Below, piece after piece: positions 1 to 7,237 of a stretch of DNA of 32,000 nucleotides. This DNA is from Kineococcus radiotolerans SRS30216 = ATCC BAA-149 (GTDB lineage: Bacteria > Actinomycetota > Actinomycetes > Actinomycetales > Kineococcaceae). The DNA lies in the NCBI RefSeq assembly GCF_000017305.1, contig NC_009664.2:120001-152000 (forward strand). The letters run 5' to 3'. Under the pieces are notes generated by a model. That model saw only the letters and a program-made list of their open reading frames with translations, was not told the origin of the DNA and searched no databases. Positions within the stretch are counted from its first letter, which is position 1, and every line of letters begins with the position of its first letter. A program made the position numbers and the translations under genes.

Positions 1-1061
1 TCGCCGCGGACTGGCCGCTCGTGGTGGCCGACGCCTCCGACGAGGAGTCGCTGCGCACGCTCGCGGAGTCGACGCGCGTCATGGTCTCCACCGTCGGCCC
101 CTACCTGCGCCACGGCCTGCCGCTGGTGCAGGCGTGCGCCCGCGCCGGCACCCACTACGCCGACCTGACGGGCGAGGTCCTGTTCGTGCGCGCCAGCATC
201 GACACCGCCGACGAGGCGGCCCGCGCGAGCGGGGCGCGGATCGTGCACTCCTGCGGTTTCGACTCGGTGCCCTCCGACCTGGCCGTGCTGCTCGCGCACG
301 AGTGGGCGCAGGCGCAGGACGCCGGCCCGCTCACGAGCGCCACGCTCGAGGTCCTCTCGGCGCGCGGCGGGTTCAGCGGCGGCACGGTGGACTCCCTGCG
401 CCTGCAGCTGGACACCGCGCGCCGCGACCGGCAGGCGCGGCGGCTGGTGGGCGACCCGTACGCCCTGAGCCCCGACCGCGCGCGCGAACCGGACCTGGGC
501 CGCCAGCCCGACGTGTTCCGCCCCCACCGGCGCGAGGCGACGAGCGAGTGGGTGGCGCCCTTCGTCATGGCCACCTACAACACCCGGGTGGTGCGGCGCA
601 GCAACGCCCTGCTCGACCACGCGTACGGGCCGCGGCTGCGCTACGCGGAGGTCATGGCGTTCTCCGGGCGCACCGCGGCCCTGCGGGCGAGCGCCGTCAC
701 GGGGGTGCTGGCCGGGCTCACGGGCCTGCTGGCCGTCCAGCCCCTGCGGCCGCTGCTCGACCGCCTGCTGCCTTCCCCCGGCACGGGCCCGGGCGAGCGC
801 ACCCGCCGCACGGGCCACTTCCGGCTGCGCGTGGACGCGCGCACGGAATCCGGCCGCCGCGCCACCGTGACCGTCGCCGCCCAGGGCGACCCCGGTTACG
901 CCGCGACGGCGGTGATGCTCGGGCAGAGCGCTCTGGCGCTCGCCCTCGACGGCGATCGCCTGCCCGCCCGCGCGGGGGTCCTGACCCCCGCCACGGGCAT
1001 CGGGATGCCGCTGGTGAACCGCCTGCGCCACGAGGGGTTCACGCTCGACGTCGCCACCTGA
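1..1061 (+). CDS. Saccharopine dehydrogenase-family / trans-acting enoyl-reductase-like protein, 5'-truncated by the window edge
   Basis: The frame is open from nt 3 to TGA 1059-1061. Motifs STVGPYLRHGLPLVQAC..GTHYADLTGEVLF and SCGFDSVPSDL are typical of the Sacchrp_dh family. The N-terminal Rossmann part is absent, so the gene starts upstream of the window. Confidence 0.8.
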   Translation, partial: AADWPLVVADASDEESLRTLAESTRVMVSTVGPYLRHGLPLVQACARAGTHYADLTGEVLFVRASIDTADEAARASGARIVHSCGFDSVPSDLAVLLAHEWAQAQDAGPLTSATLEVLSARGGFSGGTVDSLRLQLDTARRDRQARRLVGDPYALSPDRAREPDLGRQPDVFRPHRREATSEWVAPFVMATYNTRVVRRSNALLDHAYGPRLRYAEVMAFSGRTAALRASAVTGVLAGLTGLLAVQPLRPLLDRLLPSPGTGPGERTRRTGHFRLRVDARTESGRRATVTVAAQGDPGYAATAVMLGQSALALALDGDRLPARAGVLTPATGIGMPLVNRLRHEGFTLDVAT

Positions 1062-1496
1062 CGACCCGGCACGCGGTGGAGGGGTGCCGCCGGCCTCAGA
1101 GTCGTCGGGGCGGGGAACGAGCCGCGCCCGGAGGACCGCGACAGCAGGACGCGGGGACCGACCGGGTAGCACCGGCCCCACCCGCCGGAACGGACGCCGA
1201 CGGCAGCCGGCACCGGCGCCGACCAGCTCGGACGGCCCGTGGTGACGGACCGGACGGGGAGAGCTGAGACCGGCAGCAGCCGATCCGTCACGGCGACGGG
1301 CGGGTCAGCGAGGCCGGGACGGCTGGGCCCGGACAGTCGGGCTGGCCAGCTGAGCCGGGCACACGACGGCGTCGCCGGCACCTCGGGGCAGCCGTTCAGG
1401 GACCGGGTCAGCAAAGGACTCAAGCGGCCACGCGCCGGTGCCGAGAACGTCCGGACCGGCCTCGCCCCGAGACCGGGAACCCGGAGAGGACCAGCT

Positions 1497-2342
1497 GTGC
1501 GCACCCCCACCGCCACGACGCCGGGAAGCGCCGCGCAGCGCCACGACGTCCACGTCCTGGGCCACCCCCAGGGACCCGTGCTGCTCCTCCTGCACGGCTT
1601 CGGCACCGACCAGTCGTCCTGGAACCGGGTCCTGCCCGCCCTCACCCCCCACCACCGCGTCGTGCTGCTGGACCAGGCCGGTGCCGGCGGTTTCGACGCC
1701 ACCGCCTACGACCGCACCCGCTACTCCACCCTCGACGGCTACGCCGCCGACCTCGTCGAGGTGTGCGAAGAGCTCGACCTGCACGACGTCACCCTCGTCG
1801 GGCACAGCGTCAGCGCCATGATCGCCGCCCGCGTCGCGCTGGCCGCACCCGACCGCATCCGCCAGGTCGTCATGCTCGTCCCCTCCGCCCGCTACACCGA
1901 CGACCCCGCCAGCGGCTACGACGGCGGTTTCAGCACCGAGGACATCGACGAACTGCTCGACACCCTCGACAGCAACTACCTCTCCTGGACCGCCACCGTC
2001 GCGCCCATGGTCATGGGCAACCCGAGCCGTCCTGAGCTGGGTGAGGAGCTCACCGCCTCCTTCCGCCAACTGCACCCCGACGCCGCCCGCGACTTCGCCC
2101 GCGCCACCTTCCGCACCGACTCCCGCGCCCTGCTCGCCGAGGTGAGCACCCCCGTCCTCGTCCTGCAGAGCCGCGACGACGTCCTCGCCCCCGACACCGC
2201 CGTCCGCGACGTCGTCGCCCGCCTGCCCCACGCCACCCTGGTGAGCCTGGACGCCTCCGGGCACTGCCCCCACCTCAGCCACCCCGACGCCACCGCCGCC
2301 GCCGTCCTGGCCCACCTCGCACCCCCCGGCCACCGGTCCTGA
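1497..2342 (+). CDS. RsbQ / KAI2 / D14-family alpha/beta-hydrolase (Ser-Asp-His)
   Basis: GTG 1497 lies 6 nt after RBS GGAGAGGA (1483-1490). The in-frame upstream extension from 1239 is R/G-rich with rare codons (AGA, GGA, CGA, TCA) and lower GC3. Motifs: LLHGFGTDQSSW, nucleophile elbow VGHSVSAMI, LQSRDDVLAP and ASGHCPHLSHP. The protein is collinear by eye with B. subtilis RsbQ and plant KAI2/D14. Confidence 0.88.
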   Translation: MRTPTATTPGSAAQRHDVHVLGHPQGPVLLLLHGFGTDQSSWNRVLPALTPHHRVVLLDQAGAGGFDATAYDRTRYSTLDGYAADLVEVCEELDLHDVTLVGHSVSAMIAARVALAAPDRIRQVVMLVPSARYTDDPASGYDGGFSTEDIDELLDTLDSNYLSWTATVAPMVMGNPSRPELGEELTASFRQLHPDAARDFARATFRTDSRALLAEVSTPVLVLQSRDDVLAPDTAVRDVVARLPHATLVSLDASGHCPHLSHPDATAAAVLAHLAPPGHRS

Positions 2343-2397
2343 CCCGGCCGCCCGGGCTGCTCACCCGACCGGAGGACTGCCTCGGGAGCTCAGCCCG

Positions 2398-4152
2398 GTG
2401 ACGCGGTGGTCGATCATTGACCAGGTGGGTGACCAGGTGGATCGCGCCGAGGAGGCTGAGACGCAGCGCTTGACCGCCCTGCGCAGCTACCACCTGCTCG
2501 ATCACCGCTCCGAGCCTGCGAGCGCTCTCCTCCCGAGCAGCCCCGGGCAGGACGCGGAGGACCCGACCGCGCCGAGGTCGGCGGTGCGGACCGGGGCTCC
2601 CGCGGGGACCGGGACGACCGCGGGGAGCGGGGCGGCGGTGGCGGCCGGGCCCGTCAGCGGCGCGGAGATCGACGCCATCACCCGCCTCGCCGCCGCCATC
2701 GCCGGCGTCCCCTTCGCCAGCGTCAACCTCATCGACGAGCACCACCAGCACCCCCTCAGCAGCACCGGGACCCCGCCGGCGCCCCCGGCACGACCGATCC
2801 CCCGCACCCAGTCCCTGTGCGCCACCCACTTCAGCGCCGGCGAGCCGGTCCACGTCCCCGACCTCAGCCGCGACCCCCGCTACGCCGACCACCCCTGGGT
2901 CGACGGGCGCCTCGGCGCGCTGCGCTCCTACACCTCCGTCCCCCTGCTCAGCCCCGACGGGCACGCCCTGGGCACCCTGTGCGCCACCGACCTCGTCCCC
3001 CGCCGCCTCGACGAGGAGCGACTGGCCCGCCTGTGCGACCTCGCCGCCGTGCTGGTCGCGCTCTTCGAACGCCACCGCGACGCCGTCCTCCACGCCCACC
3101 TCGCCGCCGAGGCCGAAGCCCAGCGCGCCCTGGCGCAGTCGCTGATGGCTGAGCAGCAGCACCGCGCCCAGCAGCTGACCCAGCTGGCCCGCGCCTCCAG
3201 CGCCCTGGCCACCGCCGAGGACCCCCGCACCGCGATCTGCCACGCCGCGCGCCGGCTCACCGACGCCGACGGGGTCTACCTCCTGCAACCGGACGGGCAC
3301 GGACGCCTGGTCTCCACCGCCGTCGTCGGCTTCCCCGACGGAGGAGATCGAGCCCCGGACCCGGACTCCCACCGGGACCCGCTCCTGGACCTGGACCTGA
3401 CCCGGGAGCGGGGGCTGCCGCTGGCCACCTTCCGCAGCGGGAAGCAGCGGTTCGTCGCCGACGTCGCCGCCCACCCCGACGCCGACCCCGCCCTCGTCGA
3501 GACCCTCGGAACGGTGTCCGGGGCTTGGCAGCCGATCCTGCTGCGCGCAGGCACCTGCACCGGGGTCCTGGGCATCGTCTGGCGCCACCGGCGCGAGGAC
3601 CTGGACGCCACGCTGGCCTGGGCGCTGCACACCCTGGCCCGCGAAGCCGCCCACACCCTGGAGCGCGCGGACCTGCTCGCCCAGCTGACCGAGGCCTCCC
3701 GGCGCGACCCCCTCACCGGGGTCGGGAACCGCCGGCACTGGGACGAGGTCGCCGCCCGCGAGGTCGGTCGTGCCGAGCGCAGCGGGGACCCGCTGACGTT
3801 CGCGTTGATCGACCTGGACCACTTCAAGGCCTACAACGACGCCTACGGCCACCTCATCGGCGACGACCTGCTGCGCGAGTTCGCCGCCGCCGCCGGTGCG
3901 CAACTGCGCCCCGGTGACACGATCGCCCGCTGGGGCGGGGAGGAGTTCGCCCTCGCCCTGCCCGGCTGCGACCTCGAGCAGGCCCGCGACGTCGCCGACC
4001 GCATCCGCGCCGTCGTCCCCCACGCCCAGACCGCCACGGCCGGTCTGGCGCAGTGGACCCCCGGCGCCAGCGCCGCCACCGTCCTCGCCCGCGCCGACGC
4101 CGCCCTCTACCGCGGCAAGGAGGCGGGCCGCGACACCACCGCCACCGCCTAG
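2398..4152 (+). CDS. GAF-GAF-GGDEF diguanylate cyclase (GGEEF active site, RxxD I-site)
   Basis: GTG 2398 lies 9 nt after GGGAG (2384-2388). The N-terminus reads RLTALRSYHLLD...ITRLAAAIAGVPFASVNLID...SLCATH...RSYTSVPL, which is GAF. A second GAF-like block follows (GVYLLQPDGHGRLV...GVLGIVWRH). The C-terminus reads DPLTGVGNRRHWD..FALIDLDHFKAYNDAYGHLIGDDLL...RPGDTIARWGGEEFALALPG...ALYRGKEAGRD, which is GGDEF. The exact start is uncertain by a few codons. Confidence 0.9.
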   Translation: MTRWSIIDQVGDQVDRAEEAETQRLTALRSYHLLDHRSEPASALLPSSPGQDAEDPTAPRSAVRTGAPAGTGTTAGSGAAVAAGPVSGAEIDAITRLAAAIAGVPFASVNLIDEHHQHPLSSTGTPPAPPARPIPRTQSLCATHFSAGEPVHVPDLSRDPRYADHPWVDGRLGALRSYTSVPLLSPDGHALGTLCATDLVPRRLDEERLARLCDLAAVLVALFERHRDAVLHAHLAAEAEAQRALAQSLMAEQQHRAQQLTQLARASSALATAEDPRTAICHAARRLTDADGVYLLQPDGHGRLVSTAVVGFPDGGDRAPDPDSHRDPLLDLDLTRERGLPLATFRSGKQRFVADVAAHPDADPALVETLGTVSGAWQPILLRAGTCTGVLGIVWRHRREDLDATLAWALHTLAREAAHTLERADLLAQLTEASRRDPLTGVGNRRHWDEVAAREVGRAERSGDPLTFALIDLDHFKAYNDAYGHLIGDDLLREFAAAAGAQLRPGDTIARWGGEEFALALPGCDLEQARDVADRIRAVVPHAQTATAGLAQWTPGASAATVLARADAALYRGKEAGRDTTATA

Positions 4153-4171
4153 GGGCGTCCCCGTGACGCCC
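4153..4171 (+). terminator. Small GC hairpin directly after the GGDEF stop codon (candidate weak or intrinsic terminator)
   Basis: GGGCGTC (4153-4159) pairs with GACGCCC (4165-4171) around a 5-nt loop, abutting TAG 4150-4152. There is no U-tract. Confidence 0.3.
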
Positions 4172-4287
4172 ACCGGCCCGCGACCCCGGGCCTCGGGGAT
4201 CCGCGAGGCGGCGCGGCGGGAGGGGCAGGACCGCCACCGGGTTCAGGGCCCGCGTCCGGAGAACCGTCGGACGTCACCGCTCACCGC

Positions 4288-4314
4288 TCAAGTACTCCGC
4301 GCAGGCGCCGATCG
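4288..4314 (+). promoter_or_regulatory. Candidate sigma-28 (FliA/SigD/WhiG)-type promoter upstream of the MCP gene
   Basis: TCAA (4288-4291), a 15-nt spacer, then GCCGATCG (4307-4314). The sigma-28 consensus is TAAA-N15-GCCGATAA. The site lies about 40 nt upstream of ATG 4355. Confidence 0.35.
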
Positions 4315-4354
4315 ATCACGTGGGCACGTCCGTGCCTCGTGAGGAGGAGCGACG

Positions 4355-5971
4355 ATGCCCGCAGCGCCCGCAGCACCCGAGAACCGCCACCCCCGGTCCT
4401 GGATCTCCGACCGCCCCGTCGGGGCCCGCATCGGCGCCGGCGTCGCGGTGGGCGCCCTCGTCGCCCTCGCCGTCGGCGGGGTCGCCACGACCCGCCTGAT
4501 GGACCTGCGCGACGCCACCGCCGCCACCTACTCCCAGAGCGTGCAGCCGCTGGTCGACCTCTCCGCCGCCCAGCGGGGTTACCAGGCCGCCCGCGCCCGG
4601 GTCGTGGAGTACCCCGCCGCCGGCCCCGAGGTCCGCGCGAAGCTGCTGACGCAGTTCGACGAGAAGTCCGCCGACCTCACCGCCGGTCTCGACGCCTACG
4701 CCGCCGACGCCGCCGACCCCGCCCTGGTGGAGGCCGTGCGCGAGGCGCAGGAGCAGATCGACACCCTCTTCCACGACACCCTCGTCCCCCAGGCCGACTC
4801 CGGCGACGTCGCCGGCGCGGCCATCACCTACCGCGAGCAGATCCTCCCCGTCGTCTCCGCCGGCGCCGACGCCATCGAAGCCGCCGGCCAGGCCGAGGAG
4901 GCCCGCGCCAAGGCCCGCACCGAGGCCGCCACCGACAGCGCCTCCTCCGCCCTCCTCGTCGTCGGTCTCGTCCTGACCCTGGGTCTGCTGCTCGCCCTGG
5001 CCATCGCCGCCGTCGTCGTGCGCGGCATCACCACCCCCCTGCGCCGGGTCGCGCAGGTCCTGGACGCCGTCGCCGAGGGCGACCTCACCCAGGACGCCGG
5101 GATCCACAGCCGCGACGAGATCGGGCGCATGGCCGCCAGCCTGCAGCGCGCGACCACCCACCTGCGCTCGGTCGTCACCTCCCTCACCAGCACGTCCTCC
5201 GCGCTGGCGCGCTCCAGCACCCAGCTCTCCTCCACCAGCGCTGAGCTGGCCGGTGGCGCCGAGGCCGCCGCCACCCAGGCCGGCGTCGTCTCCGGTGCGG
5301 CCGAGGAGGTCTCGCGCACCGTCTCCACCCTCGCCGCCGGCAGCGAGCAGATGGGCGCGAGCATCCGCGAGATCAGCGTCAGCGCGGCCGACGCGGCCCG
5401 GGTCGCGGAGCAGGCCGTGGACATGGCCTCCGCCGCCGACGAGACGGTCAGCAAGCTCGGGGACAGCTCCCGCGAGATCGGCGACGTCGTCAAGGCCATC
5501 ACCGCCATCGCCGAGCAGACGAACCTGCTGGCCCTCAACGCCACCATCGAGGCCGCGCGCGCCGGGGAGATGGGCAAGGGCTTCGCCGTCGTCGCCGGTG
5601 AGGTGAAGGAGCTCGCGCAGCAGACCGCGCGCGCCACCGAGGACATCACCCGCCGCGTCGACACGATCCAGGCCGACACCGGCCACGCGGTGAGCTCCAT
5701 CGCCCAGATCCGCGAGGTCATCGCCCGCATCAGCGACTACCAGACCACGATCGCCTCGGCCGTGGAGGAGCAGACCGCGACGACGGCGGAGATGAACGGC
5801 AACGTCAGCGAAGCGGCCGGCTCGTCGGAGGACATCGCCCGCAACATCTCCACCATCGCCGACAGCGCCGCGTCCACCACCCGCGCCGCTGAGCAGACCC
5901 GGCAGGCCTCCACCGACCTCGGTGCGCTGTCCTCGGAGCTGGCGGAGTCGGTCGGCCGCTTCCGCGTCTGA
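4355..5971 (+). CDS. Methyl-accepting chemotaxis protein (two TM segments, 4-helix-bundle-type sensor, HAMP, MA domain)
   Basis: ATG 4355 lies 5 nt after GAGGAGGAG (4341-4349). TM1 is [18 protein letters not shown] and TM2 is [28 protein letters not shown] reads [18 protein letters not shown]. The conserved hairpin tip [35 protein letters not shown] is present. Confidence 0.93.
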   Translation: MPAAPAAPENRHPRSWISDRPVGARIGAGVAVGALVALAVGGVATTRLMDLRDATAATYSQSVQPLVDLSAAQRGYQAARARVVEYPAAGPEVRAKLLTQFDEKSADLTAGLDAYAADAADPALVEAVREAQEQIDTLFHDTLVPQADSGDVAGAAITYREQILPVVSAGADAIEAAGQAEEARAKARTEAATDSASSALLVVGLVLTLGLLLALAIAAVVVRGITTPLRRVAQVLDAVAEGDLTQDAGIHSRDEIGRMAASLQRATTHLRSVVTSLTSTSSALARSSTQLSSTSAELAGGAEAAATQAGVVSGAAEEVSRTVSTLAAGSEQMGASIREISVSAADAARVAEQAVDMASAADETVSKLGDSSREIGDVVKAITAIAEQTNLLALNATIEAARAGEMGKGFAVVAGEVKELAQQTARATEDITRRVDTIQADTGHAVSSIAQIREVIARISDYQTTIASAVEEQTATTAEMNGNVSEAAGSSEDIARNISTIADSAASTTRAAEQTRQASTDLGALSSELAESVGRFRV

Positions 5972-5989
5972 TCTCGACCCAGCACGCCC

Positions 5990-6038
5990 GCGAGCGGCCC
6001 CCTGCCAGCGCCAGCGCCACGCAGGCCGGGCCGCTCGC
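5990..6038. terminator. Extended GC hairpin between the convergent MCP and ABC operon (candidate bidirectional terminator)
   Basis: GCGAGCGGCCC (5990-6000) pairs with GGGCCGCTCGC (6028-6038), an 11-bp perfect stem. An inner CCTGC/GCAGG stem follows. The hairpin starts 19 nt after the MCP stop. There is no U-tract. Confidence 0.4.
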
Positions 6039-6067
6039 CCACTTGCCGCGTCGACCGTCCCGGCCGA

Positions 6068-6105
6068 GCCGGGGCGACGACCCCGGCCGCGACCGGATCG
6101 TCGCG
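6068..6105 (-). terminator. Two adjacent small hairpins downstream of the ABC ATPase gene
   Basis: GCCGGGG (6068-6074) pairs with CCCCGGC (6081-6087). CGCGAC (6088-6093) pairs with GTCGCG (6100-6105). Both lie 30-65 nt after the minus-strand stop at 6134. Confidence 0.25.
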
Positions 6106-6133
6106 ACGAACCCCTCGTGGACCGTCGTCGAGG

Positions 6134-7237
6134 TCAGCGCAGCCTGGCTCCGCCCTCGGGTTCGAAGAGGTAGACGCGTTCGGCGGGTGCGGTCAGGCGG
6201 AGGGATTCCCCGCGCTGGTAGCGCAGGTCCGCGGGTGTCTGGACGACGACCGAGGAGTCCAGCCCCTCGACCCGCACGGTGGCCAACCCGAACTCCAGCA
6301 CGTTCTCGTAGACCAGGACCTCGCCGGGCACCGACGTCTCGCCCTCCCGGGCGATCCGGGCGTCCTGCGGGCGGACGCCCACCGTGACGGCCGTTCCCGG
6401 GGCGGCCCGTGACGCCGTCGGCAGCACGCCGTCGCGCCCGACCCGCACCGTGCCGGTCCGCTCGACCGTCCCCTCGAGGAGGTTGATCTTCGGCTCACCG
6501 ACGAAGTCGGCGACGAAGCGGTTGGCGGGGTCGTCGAAGATCTCGTCCGCGGTCCCGAACTGCTGGATGGTGCCGCCGTCCATGACGGCCAGGCGGTCGG
6601 CCAGGCTCAGCGCCTCGAGCTGGTCGTGGGTGACGACGATCGTGGTGTACCCGAACTCCCGCTGCAGGACCTTCAGCTCCCGGCGCACTCGTTGGCGCTG
6701 GGCGGCGTCCAGGTGCGACAGCGGTTCGTCCAGCAGCAGCACGGGCGGGTTGCGGACCAGGGCGCGGGCGAGGGCGACGCGCTGCTTCTGCCCGCTGGAC
6801 AGCCCCGCCGGCCGCAGCTCCAGGAGGTCGCTCATCTCCAGCCGGTCGGCGATGGCCCGCACCCGGGCGTCCGCGTCCTTCACCCCGCGGGCCTTGAGGC
6901 CGTAGGACAGGTTCCCCCGGACGTCCAGGGGCGGGTAGAGGGCGTAGCTCTCGAACCCGACGCCGACGTCACGCTTGCCGGGGGGCAGGTGCGGGATCGA
7001 GCGCTCGCCGATGCGGATGTCCCCGGAGGTCACGGTCTCCAGCCCCGCGATCATCCGCAGGGTCGTCGTCTTGCCGCACCCGGAGGGTCCGAGCAGGGCG
7101 ACGAGCTCGCCCGGGGCGATGTGCAGGTCGATGCCCTTGACCGCGTGGAACGCCTCCCGTCCCCGGCTCTCGTACCGCTTGTGCAACTCCTCCAGGACCA
7201 GCGCCTTGGCGGTGGTCGTCTCCAGCGCGCTCACCAC
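6134..7237 (-). CDS. Sugar/polyol ABC transporter ATP-binding protein (MalK/UgpC type), second ATPase
   Basis: GTG 7237 is the start. Walker A is GPSGCGKTT, the signature is LSSGQKQRVALARAL, Walker B is LLLDEPLSHLD and the H-loop is VTHD. A C-terminal MalK-like regulatory domain is present. The start overlaps the upstream ATPase stop (GTGGTGA, 7231-7237). Confidence 0.92.
   Translation of the reverse strand: MVSALETTTAKALVLEELHKRYESRGREAFHAVKGIDLHIAPGELVALLGPSGCGKTTTLRMIAGLETVTSGDIRIGERSIPHLPPGKRDVGVGFESYALYPPLDVRGNLSYGLKARGVKDADARVRAIADRLEMSDLLELRPAGLSSGQKQRVALARALVRNPPVLLLDEPLSHLDAAQRQRVRRELKVLQREFGYTTIVVTHDQLEALSLADRLAVMDGGTIQQFGTADEIFDDPANRFVADFVGEPKINLLEGTVERTGTVRVGRDGVLPTASRAAPGTAVTVGVRPQDARIAREGETSVPGEVLVYENVLEFGLATVRVEGLDSSVVVQTPADLRYQRGESLRLTAPAERVYLFEPEGGARLR

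Noticed and set aside
1239-1496. An upstream in-frame extension of the RsbQ-like ORF. Analogous extensions occur in the track: 8374-8913, 12850-12957, 24362-25237, 25648-26895 and 31152-31922.
   Set aside because: These extensions read through neighbouring genes or low-GC3, rare-codon sequence. Internal starts with a good RBS, or GTGA/ATGA coupling to the upstream stop, give proteins of normal family length.
1062-1496. A possible c-di-GMP (GEMM) or cobalamin riboswitch in the long leader upstream of the hydrolase/GGDEF pair.
   Set aside because: I looked for the GEMM-I core (GGCAAACC ... ACGCAAAGC) and the B12 box (AGTCAGGAGACCTGCC-like). Neither is present, only a loose GCAAAGG. No class can be assigned by eye.
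2275-4173. Long antisense or alternative-frame ORFs. Examples: 2275-4173(-) 632 aa, 4316-5686(-) 456 aa, 9172-11685(+) 837 aa, 20537-22180(+) 547 aa, 21652-23046(-) 464 aa, 24415-25884(+) 489 aa, 25563-27542(+) 659 aa, 27969-30365(+) 798 aa.
   Set aside because: Their translations are Arg/Gly/Pro/Ala-rich low-complexity strings with no recognisable motifs. Each lies opposite to, or out of frame with, a gene that has clear family motifs. Stop-codon-poor shadow frames are expected at >70% GC.
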